Below are positions 27,191 to 39,899 of a DNA stretch of 64,000 bases, piece after piece; positions within the stretch are counted from its first letter, which is position 1; each line of letters begins with the position of its first letter. The DNA comes from Ostrea edulis (lineage: Eukaryota): contig NC_079166.1 of the NCBI RefSeq assembly GCF_947568905.1, positions 46,314,001 to 46,378,000 on the forward strand, in the 5' to 3' direction. The notes under the pieces are model-generated. The model did no database searches. It had not been told where the DNA came from and saw only the letters and a list, made by a program, of their open reading frames with translations. The translations under genes were made by a program, and so were the position numbers.

Positions 27191-27289
27191 AAATGAATCT
27201 TATTACCTAGACAACACCAGTGATAGGACAAACATGAACAAACGAATGAAACGGATCTGATAGAAACGGATTATATAAATATCATGTAC

Positions 27290-27577
27290 ATTACGACCGG
27301 GACGTCGTGGGTTCGAGTCCCCCTCCAGCCATTATCACGTCTGACGTAAATATAGCTAGTGACTGTTCCTTTGCCAAACGCTAGGTATTTAGGAGTGAGA
27401 GTTTCGGGTCTTTCGGGTGAAACGTTAAAAACCGAGTACCCGGTTCAAGGAAGGCGTTGGCACAGTAACGAACTCTACGGCCTAGCACGCCATCCATAGG
27501 TCTATTTGTAACACTTCACACCATGTCTCAATATGAATGAAAACCCTTCCGAAGGCACGTGTAACAAATAAACAAAC
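27290..27577 (+). mobile_element. tRNA-derived SINE
   Basis: B-box GGTTCGAGTCC at 27310-27320, a central core similar to the other SINE copies, and an aaataaacaaac tail. Confidence 0.6.
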
Positions 27578-28202
27578 ATATCTTTGTATTATTAATATTA
27601 ATTTACACCAGTCATACCGACGATTCTCATTTCAACTGCAAGGGTTGGCAATTAATTTGTTTTTGTGAAATGAATTTTATTTCGCGGTAACGAATTTTAT
27701 TTCATGGGAAGCAGCCATGGTACCTGTAGGACATTTCTAGCAAGTTGTAATTGTAACGACGACTTAATGAAAACCATATCAGTAATAAATGTACAAACTC
27801 ATGGACATCCACCTGAATGAATATTTTCTCGTAATCCTTTTGTGTCCTTGATATGTTGAATTCACCTGAAATCATAAGTACATACACTTGAACTTGTTTT
27901 CCAGTCAAAAAGTACAACGCGCAGTGAGGGGTATGCGAACCCTTGAAAGTACAAATATACAACGAGTAGTAATAGAGCATACAAGGACGTAGTCTTTGAG
28001 TCGAAATACCCCGTATACGTAAGCAAACGTCTGTCGCCTGCTTTCAGACCCCTCCGGAGTTAAAGACAATAACTGCGAGAACTCGATACCTTTGTTGTTT
28101 AGGATATCAAACACATCTAGACCGCTAGTGGTGAAAAGCAAAGCATTGATAATCAATTTTTTGTTTTGTTTTCACTTTCGCCCAAGCGTTTAACGAATTT
28201 GT

Positions 28203-28210
28203 TATAAATA
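28203..28210 (+). promoter_or_regulatory. TATA box of LURAP-like gene 2
   Basis: TATAAATA, 85 bp upstream of the ATG at 28288. Confidence 0.5.
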
Positions 28211-28287
28211 CCAACAAACATCAACAGAAAATATCAAATCAGATTTTCCTTGAAGGCAGCCTGGCTAAATAAGTTCTCATTTTTAAG

Positions 28288-28917
28288 ATGGAGTACACTG
28301 CGAACACGCTGAATGAAGTTGATGCTATCAAAAGTGATCTGGTAAGTTGAACATAGTATAGATAAAATGCATCGTAAATCAAAACTGTCCTTTATTTTTT
28401 GGTAAGTTCACAGTAATGACAGTGTTAATGCAAAACTGACCTATTTTATTTAGACTCTCATCAAACATCAGGACGAGATCTTGATGCAGAACCTTTTACA
28501 GATCAGCAAGACCATCCAAAAAGCAGCCTCTGCCTGTAGACCAGTTCCACGACTAGTCTTAGGTCGAACATACATCTGCAGGCACGGCCACACTAACTGT
28601 CTAGGACACCATGGACCGGAGAGCCACATTCCTCTCAAGAAAACAAGAACCACACAACGGAATGTGTCCGAGTCTCTGAAAAATCTTAAAGGTATATAAT
28701 GCAACACTTCTAGAATTTAAAGAAAACTATTTCAAAGCATTTGAAACTTACACCAGAAATATCGTACAAATCCTGTTGCTTACAAAAATATATAGCTATG
28801 GTTTTTAATTTATAAATTACTTTACTATTTTGTATCCATTTTGCAGACATCACAAGCTCGATCGAGGATATGAGTTTCAGTGACGTTTCAGATTTCTCAT
28901 CGTCGGATACTGACTGA
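28288..28917 (+). CDS. LURAP1/FAM89-like small protein, paralog 2 (exons 28288-28341, 28454-28691, 28847-28917)
   Basis: MEYTANTLNEVDAIKSDL/TLIKHQDEILMQNLLQISKTIQK.../DITSSIEDMSFSDVSDFSSSDTD*; GT-AG introns in the same phases (0, 1) as paralog 1. Confidence 0.72.
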
Positions 28918-30176
28918 GCTTTGATCTTATCAGAGGTAGTGTGTCCGGACTCCAACCAGTCCTAGCAGTCGAGATCTGTCATTTGTTCTCCTATGCTAAA
29001 CTGCATACCTGACGAGGAAAGTTCACAAAGGCAGGGGTTGAAAATCTGTCACGAGCAATCTAGTACACTAAGGAAAACGACAAAATTAACAGTCCTTTTG
29101 TCCATTTGTTGTGCATTACCAGACTCTCTGAAGTTTGAACTCAATGCATAGATCAACAGCAAGTGAAATCAAAAGTTGAAATAATGTTACATATTATAAT
29201 CAATGTTTCAACTAACTGCATTTTAAGAATGAAATGCATGTATATATACATTCAATCTGTTTAATCGAATAAACCACGATTGTATAACTTTGTTGTCTTC
29301 ATGGTTGCACAGTAAGTGGAACTGAATGGTTATGTCCGATAATTAGATTAAGATATGTCCTTGCTATAGGACCATTACTTTCTTTTCTTATGTCACATCT
29401 TTTATAAGTTTTTTCCCTTCAGGGTTATGAAAACCGCGTAATATATTTTTGACAAAGTGAATATCTATCAAATCTTATTGCCAGTGGGGTAAATCTTCTC
29501 TGCTTTGTTACCGTATTATGCCTGTTCTCGTTAAAATTCGTCTGTGAAGTGAAAACATTACAGTATCTTATTTTCAGGGTTAAGGGATTTCTCTGAATCG
29601 GTCTACCTATGTATTTCCATGGATGTTCAGCGTATATCTACGTTACTTTACACTTGAATTGCATATAAATGTAAATATGCTCGCTTGTGTATAAACATGC
29701 ATGTGGCTAGAATATGAACATCATGCCATGTCCAACAATATTAAACAAAAAGTCAATGTGCATGTTTAAATCTTGTAAAATATTTTAATTATAAGAAGTA
29801 CGGTATGCATAATCGGGGTCTGTCCTCTGACAGAAAGTCGGTTATTATAGTAGTGTTTGATCCCGACCTGCACCATTGGCTGCCTCTCAGAAATTCTGTC
29901 TATGAGGCATGGTTGTGTCAAGGAGTACTTTACACTGAAGGTCTGCCCCTATTGCAATTGGTGGGAGAGTTACCAATGCAAAGGTTCAAGTTTCACAACA
30001 ATCAAATTTAAGTATTCTTAAAACAAAGGACGAGCGCGAGCACTTACAATTGTGACGTCATACAGAGGAAACAATCCTCTCCTTTGAATCAATGTAATAC
30101 ATGGTTTGAAGAGATGAAATCGAAAGAAAATAATGTTGTTGAAATAATTGACAGCATTAATTTTTTTACTTTAAAA

Positions 30177-30281
30177 TTATTTTGTTTACTTTGTTATTGA
30201 ATTTTTCATCAGACTACGAAATGCAATACCGGTGTTGCATTTCGTACTGTGGTGAAAGATTGAACAAAGTAAACAAAATAA
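30177..30281. repeat. Imperfect ~105-bp palindrome (MITE-like)
   Basis: ttattttgtttactttgtt...aacaaagtaaacaaaataa with inner arms tacgaaatgcaa/ttgcatttcgta around accggt. Confidence 0.7.
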
Positions 30282-32471
30282 CACTTATCCATACTTCTGA
30301 TAGAAAAAAAACCCATTATAATTTTATTTAACATCAATTATCAACTGTAAAAATTCAAAATCGCTTTCCAGTTTGAATCTGGCAGTATTTTGTTTGAACT
30401 GAACTAGAATAGGAAAACGAATAAGATTATTCACATTCACAACTACTCAATGACCCGAGATGTTACTATTTTGTTTCATGGTTTTATATTTTTGAAAATA
30501 TAGATTAATGTTCCGTCACGAAGAGCTTTCCGAATGATAGTTCCCTCTTTCCAGTGCGGGAAAAATGTATCGAGCAACATTTTTTTTTTCAGTACGATGT
30601 ACATTAAATGCAAAAAAATATAAACATGCCCATTTCGAAAAGGGCTATAAAGATTACTTTAATGGAATTCAAACGTCATAAGATACCTCTCCCATTAACC
30701 TATTGAGTCCAAATCAATTTATCATTTCATATTTTACTTTAAATGCAGAAATAAAATTTTAAAGAAATATTTCTGACATGAAATTAAAGATGTGTTCTAA
30801 ATCTAAAAATCACTAGACCAATGAAGAGATAGGGCGAAATATCTAATTGTTTATTTTAAAAAGAATGTCTCCCATCATTGTTACAACTACTTCATCTAGA
30901 AGAGCTAATGAAATGAAAAAAGGAACATTAATAGTATAGTGATAATTGTTAAAAGAATATCCTCAGAGATAACAAGTAACCAACACGGCTCGTTCGTTGT
31001 GATACCCGGGATACCTCTAATCTATTCATCGTCTTTCGTTAGTGTATGGATACAAATATGCTGCCTAATGTTTGTTCTGTACAGGAATAGTATTGGCCAG
31101 ATAAATTTGGGGGATCTGACGTATTGAATTATTTTGTCATTGTTTACTTTCTTTCTCTATTTCAGTGACACTTTCAGTGGATTGTTTGTGAGTCTGATCC
31201 CCTTGTTAGTAGTTTGTTATCTACTTCGTCATTTGAATAAATATCATTTTTCATACTCAATTTGTCTTATGTTTATATATGATAAAGCAAAAACTAGCTG
31301 CAGTGACCTTGCTCAGCATTTGAAGACATAAATAGTATTGGCCGTCACAGCGTTAGAACAGGGAAATATGCACTCTACTGCTCACCTCTTATCCTGCATA
31401 GCTCCTATCAGTCTGATGAGCGTCGTAACTCAATATGAAATAATGTAGTAGCTAGGAAGTTGTGTTCATCCAATAGTGTATAATGTTAAGGATCAATTTA
31501 CTTAAAATAGTTTTCTTTTTCTCATTCCTTTCGTATACCAGAGATTTAATATTCATAGGTCTGTAGATTGAAGAATCATATTATCCAATACTTAACATTT
31601 GATATGAAGTCAGTCACGGAACTGGAAGTCACGAGAGACTGGTGTCTATATTTCTGATCTCTATGATATTTTGCCTCTGTAGAGTTTCATTTACAATGAT
31701 AAAACAGATATGGAATAGCTCTATTTTCATTTATGTGCTTGGTGTTTGAAGTTAGTATAAACCAGAAGCTCGTCAAAATGTGGGTATTTTTTTAATTTAA
31801 GTTTCTCACATTTTTTTCTAATTTCACTATATGTATTGATCGTATTTGATGATTTTTAAAATAATAATTTATTTACAGTGTCACTAATATCAAGTACATC
31901 ACCTTTCCCGCGTTTTAAATCTATCACTGTCAAAACTAGCACCCATCCGTCGTTGCAAGGCAATTTTAAATTCTAATAAACCTTAAGGGGGCTTTCTTTT
32001 ATAAGTGTCGTCCGTGCATTATTGTGATTTTCATTATCACAGGGAGCTTATGTAATCATACAAAATGCCTTTATTACTGTTGCAATATAAGTTTGTTCTT
32101 TAGTTCCCCAATCTATACGCTGAAGACGTTCAATAGATCTGTCCCTACCACGCAATAAGGCATTAAGTGTAACATTGGCGTGCTCTTTAAATCTGCAATA
32201 AAACGTCGTTACATTGTCACATCTTAATTACAATTTATTTAATATTGATCATAAAACACATTTCGGGAGAGTTTTATCAATTGACTGGGTTTATTTAGCA
32301 GCGCGACAGAGCTTGTGATATTGTCATACTACGAAATGACATGAACAATACCAAAGGAAAGTTGATCTTCTCCTGGTGGTAAAAGTTTGCACTCGAAAAT
32401 ATTTCGCTCCGTGTGGGAACCCACCAGAGCGAAAATCTATTGAATCCCTTCCAGACCTGGCACGCGGGGAC

Positions 32472-32479
32472 TATAAGTA
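32472..32479 (+). promoter_or_regulatory. TATA-like box of LURAP-like gene 3
   Basis: TATAAGTA, 76 bp upstream of the ATG at 32548. Confidence 0.45.
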
Positions 32480-32547
32480 CGGGAGAGCTTCGTCAATTCT
32501 TCACTTAAAATTGTTCTTGCTCACTGAAAAGGACTCGGCGATCTACA

Positions 32548-33084
32548 ATGTCAACTGAAAGAATTAACCTCGCTTTGGCTACCCTAAGAAATGAAATGGT
32601 AAGCTACTTCAAATATTTAGCTTTAAGTAATGCAAGTTTGTAAAATATTTCTGAGAATTTGAATTTGATGATTTTTATTTTGGACTTACAGAACGAAATA
32701 AGAAGTCAGGATGTAACGATTATGAAACAGTTGATTAGTCTGAACAGCACGTTGAAAGAAATGAACAAATTCTCAACAAAGACTCGCCTCAATAGAAACT
32801 CTAGTCGACGTTCCTTGGAACCTTTATCGAGAAAATCAAGCATGGATTCTCTGCTTTCCGCTTCCACTGACAGTCTCAACTCCACCAATTCTGATGACAG
32901 CAATATTTCTATGACGTCACGTATTTTACCGTCTGCTGTTATGACTCTACCTAATAACGAGACTGAACTTTCCGAAAGCCAGTATCGCGGAATCCTGATG
33001 ACAAACATCAAGCTCTGGAAGCTCTCTCAGAATGACGACACTTCATCCATCTATAATTTTTCTGATCAAGAGGGGGATGTGTGA
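32548..33084 (+). CDS. LURAP1/FAM89-like small protein, paralog 3 (exons 32548-32598, 32692-33084)
   Basis: MSTERINLALATLRNEM/NEIRSQDVTIMKQLISLNSTLKEM...; phase-0 GTAAG...ACAG intron at the homologous site; C-terminal YRGILMTNIKLWKLSQ. Confidence 0.8.
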
Positions 33085-33535
33085 CGAAATACCCAAAAAT
33101 CATATTTCCCGACTCCTTGGGAGTTTTGTTACTTCATAGCAGCTACTCGAGATCTCCATAGAGGTAGCAAAGAGGAAACCTGGACAATACAGCCCGGGTA
33201 TACGTAGAAACAGTTGATATCAAATTGAAATACGATAATAACAGTAGGATTTATCAGCTGAATAGTAAACGATGAAAACGCCATTGGACTAGTTGTCAAA
33301 CCCTTGGGACACTGTTGACGTACACATGGAGTCAATGAACAGAACCTCCAGAAATCCAGTTGTGTCTTAATGCCTGTTGTAGAGCTTTGCTACAATAACC
33401 TACTGTATACAAAAATAAAACATGAGTGAAAACCTGTTTTCCATGCTTTATTTTCTGATTGATGAATTGCAATAGTTTTCAAAGTGTAAATGATGTCAAT
33501 AATGTTTAAAAGAAAGAAGTACATGTAGTATGTTG

Positions 33536-33930
33536 AACATTAAGTACATAACAATCACAGAGGGTCAGTGCCGTGTAAAAAGTTAACTGAGAATATTAAG
33601 TACATAACAATCACAGAGGGTCAGTGTCGTGTAAAAAGTTAACTGAGAATATTAAGTACGTAACAATCACAGAGGGTCAGTGCCGTGTAAAAAGTTAACT
33701 GAGAATATTAAGTACGTAACAATCACAGAGGGTCAGTGCCGTGTAAAAAGTTAACTGAGAATATTAAGTACGTAACAATCACAGAGGGTCAGTGCCGTGT
33801 AAAAAGTTAACTGAGAATATTAAGTACGTAACAATCACAGAGGGTCAGTGCCGTGTAAAAAGTTAACTGAGAATATTAAGTACGTAACAATCACAGAGGG
33901 TCAGTGTCGTGTAAAAAGTTAACCGAGAAC
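33536..33930 (+). repeat. Minisatellite, 56-bp unit, about 7 copies
   Basis: Unit attaagtacgtaacaatcacagagggtcagtgccgtgtaaaaagttaactgagaat. Confidence 0.95.
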
Positions 33931-35972
33931 ATAAATAACCGTTCGTACTATTTTGTGTCTATACATGTTACGCGGAGTTAGAGATATTCCACCAGTCGCC
34001 CCACTGTCTCTGTACGTGATGGCTGTGTACATGTAGAACACAGAACGGGGTAAGGAAGTCCACACATTCTATTTCTGATCATGCTTAAAGCTCATAATTT
34101 ACCAACGGTAGTGATTACGACATATAAAGTACCTTCATTATATTGTTAGACGATAAAGCTTAAAAAATAAATCAACGTTACTAATAAATATGTCCCGCTT
34201 CATCGCCTCGTCCACCCCTGCCGTGTATTGTCTTACACTTTCACTTGACAAGGCGTTGATTGTGAATCCATGGGAAGCCCTGTGTATAAATGAACACAAA
34301 ACATCGTACGCGTGTAATTTGAGAAACAGGGGGTAAATATTTAACATGAACGCTCGTTATTTCATAGCCCTTTGATATGCATGAATTTGGATTGAATGTT
34401 TCGCAAAATAGATATTGTTTCTACAAGACGTTTAAGCTGAATGACAGTTCATGACACATATATCGTTAAAAAGCACATGTATTTTTTTCTGGGTTGAAAG
34501 ATCGTTACCTTTGTAAAAGGTGGGTAGACTCAGTGTACAGCGGTGGTTGATAAAGTGTGTATGTACACGGAGGGGGGATATTGGTGTTTACGATCTCTCT
34601 GGAAAACAAAATAAGGAATGGTTTTGGAATATGTAAAATGGTACAGCACGACCCACTAATTACACAATTACACCAGAAACATATTATGGTGTGTCTCTGA
34701 TTACATGTATAATATTACTGATGAATACAATATCATTCACAAACATTTGATAATGTAACTTATCATTATTAATTAGACGAAAAACCACTTTATTCCTTTG
34801 GTAGATCGATACATATACGGTGTTCTTTCCCGAAACGTTTGACTCGGTGTCTTAGTGAATAATTTCGCCATGCTGTCGTTTGGTCTATTGTGTTTCGCCA
34901 TGCTGTCGTTTGGTCTATAGTGTCTTATTGAATAATTTTGTCACGAGGCCGTTTGGTCTATGAATCAAATGGAAAATGGCGGTACTTTACAGGAGGGTTG
35001 GTGGATGCTGTTAATTTACTCTTATAGAAAACATCAGATTATCCTAATTATATGATTCTTTACGATTTACGGTAATAGAGTTATGTAGCTGAATACCAAT
35101 ACATTAAATCAATATTAGCTCTATATCAGAAACTGTATTTTGTTATAAAAAAAAATATGCTTTTGATAGTTTTGTACGTTACGTTTAACAATTATCATTA
35201 AAACCGATGCAAGTTTAAGATTTCATCAAAATAAAGATTTCGGTTCTTAATGTTGTGCGATTATAAATCGTATCAATGTGCAAGTGTCTTTGTGCCACGG
35301 CCCCGGGCCTTAAGCCTTTCTGCCTCATTTTATATCAGAAGTGGAAAGAGAAGTAACTCCAGATTGTGTAGTAGCATAATTCAAATGTCTCGCTCACGAG
35401 ACAAGAAGAAAATATATATGTTGTTAATTAAAAGAAGAAAACATGTGTATGTTACAACATTTTTGTTTCGTAATCCTTTGTCATTTATATACAAGAAAGT
35501 CCACCTGTAATTAAAAAGTTACCTGTAAGTGTCCAATAAGTTGACAATTGCTGTCCAGTACTTGTAAGATAGGACAGATACTGTCTATTCTTAAAACTAA
35601 TGGACAGTGAATGTGAACTTATTGAACAGTGCCAGGTAAACCCGATAACATATCATACACTTACAATTACACTGAAAACAAAGACGATACGTTTTTGTTT
35701 TTGTTTTTGTTTTTTTGTTTGTTTTTTTTTAATATATAGAAACAACTTTAATTTAAATTTTCTAAAAATCAGAAAATCACTGAAAACCTGAAACGAATAT
35801 ATCCCCCTTCTCTTTGCTCCAACTTCAAAATTCACAATTTTATTAATTTCCACTGGTCATTATTATCACATCAAAACTGAAATTTGAAAAACTTATTTCC
35901 ATGCTGAAATTGAATTTCTCTGGATCTGGATGCATGTTCAGAAACCTTCCTATCTTGATGTTTTCTTTATCA

Positions 35973-37050
35973 TCATATTTTTGTTTTCATAATGATTGCA
36001 CTACATTTTTCGAAATGCGCATTTTTGGTTCTTTTATAAGAACGAAGTACTGATGATAGATGTCCGGTTTTTCCCGCAATGAACGGTTCATCCATTCCAG
36101 CACCGTACAGTTGTGTGGCTGCTGTTGGCCTTAGAGAGTGGTTAGTGAAATGGCATTTAAATCCCGCCTGGTCACACAACTTACTGATGGTTTTCTGTAA
36201 ATTCTGAACCCCAACAGGAGCGTCTGCGTACCGGGAGGATACTGTAGTATACAATGCATGTCAGTGATCTTGGGTAAAGAGCGCCACATTTTCCACCTAC
36301 AGGCTTTAAAATATTCAAAAACAAGCTTTTATAAGGAGGAAAACACATCTTTGTCAAAGTGCAAATCAGATAAACGAATAACTAATTTATTTGCCTCACA
36401 CTTAGAATTTATTTGCCTCAGACTTAGATATTTTTCATACATTTGTAAGTCTATCTGAGTATCGTGTAAGTACAATCTTGTTCTGGTAAGCACATGTCAT
36501 TTTCGGTTGAAGGTGTTTATCATGAAGACTTCCCCTGTTAGTTTTGGCTACATCTTCTTTAAATTCCAATTACAATGTATATGGTTCCATCTAGATCTGG
36601 CTCAGAGCATATTCTAATTTGACTTATTGCCGCATCGTAGATTTCTATATTCCTGGTCAGCTCGGGGAGCAACATGTAGGTCCAACTAGAAACACAATGT
36701 ATCCAGGAGCTGTTGAGGGGGGGGGGGGGGGTCTCTTCCCAAGAGCCTCTTACATCACTTGATATTTTCTTGTTCTGCTGTCATTATCTCTGCCTTCCTT
36801 TTGTCTAACGCAAGACCGCGACTAGATGGCTAATAGAGTCTAAAACACTTCGTAATCCCTGGTATTTTTATCATCTAGAAAGCTGACAAAACATCTCTCC
36901 TTTCTCCTAAAATGATGAATTGAACAAACGATTTCATATACAGTAAATCATACTTACACTCCTCCCCTGATTTGATTTTTACTTCAGCTACAGAATAACC
37001 CACGACACCTATCAAGTTCCTCATCTTGCATCCTCATAATATCTAGATAC
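35973..37050 (-). pseudogene. Decayed Crypton-type tyrosine recombinase (DUF3504-like)
   Basis: C-terminal FTNHSLRPTAATQLY...KTGHLSSVLRSYKR carries the HxxR, H and catalytic Y motifs. Upstream minus-strand frames give LLG..PQQLLDTL, QEYRNLR and EFKEDVAKTNRG, broken by stops and frameshifts. Confidence 0.82.
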
Positions 37051-37427
37051 GTAAACCTTTCTCGATTACCAAGATACATGTATTTGGTGCCGAGCAAAGC
37101 CAGGGACCAAATTGAGTGGCGAGAGAAAAGTTTACCAACGTACTTAGTACATGTTTCACACCAGTACTTAAACTTGTTGTGGTTTCTGTTTAATGTTCTG
37201 TTTAATGTATTACAACCCTTCTGTATTTTTATCCTTTAATCAAGACCATCAGTATTTATCTCGACTGGTGCAATTCTATATTGGCTGGTTTTAAGTTAGG
37301 AACTTACTACTATTCTTTTTTGGACATTTTCGGGCCTGATAGAAAATATTTTCATGCGCGTTTTGCTGAAAATAACCATGAAAACAGAAAATATGTGGAT
37401 GACCTGGATGACAAACAAAACAAGATT

Positions 37428-37605
37428 ATGGTGGCATCACCACTGCCGATGAATGACTGCATTTAGGCCTATGCTCGGCACTTACGGCCTATGAGCAGGG
37501 AGAGATCTTTATCGTGCCACACCTGCTGTGACACGGGGCCTCGATTTTTGCAGTCTTGTCCGAAGGACCGCCCCATTTATCGCCTCTTACGACAAGCAAG
37601 GGGTA
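37428..37605 (-). mobile_element. SINE fragment (same family as 52676-52944)
   Basis: Reverse complement of the core gtcgtaagaggcga...gtgtggcacgataaagatc. Confidence 0.8.
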
Positions 37606-37819
37606 GTTCGAGCTTTGCTCGATATCATAACGTCATAATCAAGAACCATAAATATTAACAAATCTAATAATACAGCAGTCATTTTTTCATTGTTGCCAAT
37701 GTACATGTAATTACAGCCATTTATGAATGTTGTACGTTTAACAAAGCATCAAGAATGAATAAATGTAGACTTTGCCTTAATGGGGGAATCGCTTGGAATA
37801 AATCTTGTATCAGTACATC

Positions 37820-37920
37820 TAAATTTTGCAGTACTTCACCGGGAAAAGTGACGTCTCCATATGAGTGAAAAATTCTCTAGAGGGACGTTAGTTAAACAAT
37901 ATAAAATCAATCAATCAATC
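37820..37920 (+). mobile_element. SINE 3' fragment
   Basis: gtgacgtctccatatgagtgaaaaattctc followed by an (aatc)n tail, matching the 3' end of 52676-52944. Confidence 0.75.
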
Positions 37921-38005
37921 TTACCATATTGTGACGTCACCGTGTTACGGCAGGCATTGGCACGTGAAAGAACCTGCTACAACCTTTAAAAGCGTTAAAC
38001 ATAGG

Positions 38006-39294
38006 TATGGGCAGCGGAAAGGGCAAAAATACATTTTTACAAAATCAATGGTAATTAAATTCAACAATCTAAAAAACTATAATTGATAGTCCTAAATGCA
38101 AAATCAACTGTCTTCTTTGCAATGTGAATATACATTAAATCAGCACAAAGTATCAATATATATAAATCAAACAAAAAAGTTACACCAACAGACAATGCGA
38201 AACGAATTATCAAAAACGTAATCAACAGACATGAATACAAAACAAGCGGACGAACAAATAAACGCTAGGTGGCGTTTAAATTTTAGCATTCGGTAAACCT
38301 CGGATGATTCCCTACGAATCGGTTTAATGACTCATAAGCCATTCGGAATACATCTAGAGCATGTGCGCCGTTTACTGTGATCCAGACTAATAATACGCCA
38401 TATTCAAATTCGAAAAATTAATCATAATAAAATATGTTCTAATAGATATAAAATACCTTACATATCCAATTACATGATGAATTTTACTAGGTACAATTGG
38501 AATGAAATTACACTGTAATTTTGGTAGGCTATATCAGAGACATATCTATATTATTTCTTCAATCTAGGACTAATATTGACTAAATCAAATTATTTTTTCA
38601 TTACAGTATGCAAGAAAGTTTCCAGAAATTTGACTGAACTTCATTTTTGTTGCACATAAGAATCTTAAGAGCATCAGACACATAGCGTGTTTTTTTTTTT
38701 TTTCTGAAGGGAAAAAGGGGGGATAACTCGTCTAAAATTCTTGTCAATCAAACGAAAATAAAAAAGGGACCAAATATCCCTAAAAGATGTTCTCTATTCC
38801 AAACTTCAACAGCATACATATAAAGAAGGGGGCGGCTTCGTTCTACAATGCAATGTAGGGAAAGGGGGGGGGGGGTAGCCAGTATATCTTAATTTGCAAC
38901 CTAGAGGCTTGTCTAATGACATCAGAAGTGTTTCCCTCCGCTTTTTCCGTCGCCATTTTGGGATGCTGAACCGAGGATTTCGCGCTTTATTGTGTAGAAT
39001 ACAATATTCAATGACGCATAATCTTTCACAAAGAACGCTACCTGGCGTTTATCTTTGTGCGTCCGCTTGTTTTGTGTCGATGTCTGTTCGTTTTGCATTT
39101 ATGTTGGTTGATTTTACTTTTTTCGTTTGATTTGTATATACACACTTTCGGTTGATTTTATGTATATCTATTTTGCAAAGAACACTGTTGATTTTGCATT
39201 TAGGGTCATTTATGATAGTTTTTTGATTGGTGAATTTAAATTGCCATTGATTTTGAAAAAAAATAATTAATTTTTGCCCTTTCCGCTGCCCATA
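38006..39294. mobile_element. Non-autonomous DNA transposon with ~270-bp TIRs
   Basis: tatgggcagcggaaagggcaaaaat... and ...atttttgccctttccgctgcccata; imperfect inverted similarity over about 38006-38277 and 39028-39294; flanked by CATAGG at 38000-38005 and 39295-39300. Confidence 0.8.
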
Positions 39295-39899
39295 CATAGG
39301 CACAGGGGCGTGTCTTCCGGATTGTGGGAAATGGGGAAAAAAATGAATCCTCTTGAACAAAAACCCTTTGAAGTCGTGTGTGTTTTTCTTTGATGGAACG
39401 CGTGTCAACAGGTGACAGGTACATCCTCATTTAGGAAAATCATCGCTGCAGCAAATTTTGCCACGATATTCCAATAAATTATTAGTTAAGAGTACAGAAA
39501 AGGGTGTTGAACTGGGTAGGGGTATTTTTCCAAGACGGCGACTTTTGTCCTTTGTATTGATATGATACTACTTGCAGGGGGTGTAATTTAAACAATGTAA
39601 ACGTCTCGGCATCTTTATCAGAACGACTTCAAAGGGTTTTTTCAAGTAGATTCATATTTTGAAAGTTCATTATGTAGGTTATGGTAAAGGGGAAATTTGG
39701 GGAACGAAGACAGGAATGGTTGGAAATCAACTACTATTCCAGTAGAGACTAGACCAGGAAAAAAGACAAATTTATAACTATAGGTTTAGGTCTTTAACCA
39801 AGTCAATAGACTGTGAAATGTAGGTGATCATGAATAATTTAGCGACATTGTTGTATAATTATGTTAGACGTTTTAATGAGTGTATTACTCTTATCTACA

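Noticed and set aside
25930-27320. SINE head split by the LINE insertion (A-box-like near 25935-25955, B-box at 27310)
   Set aside because: About 100 bp of unexplained sequence intervenes and no TSD is visible; not supportable.
31413-31460. Second hammerhead candidate (CTGATGA...GAAA)
   Set aside because: No credible stem II or stem III pairing and no PLE context.
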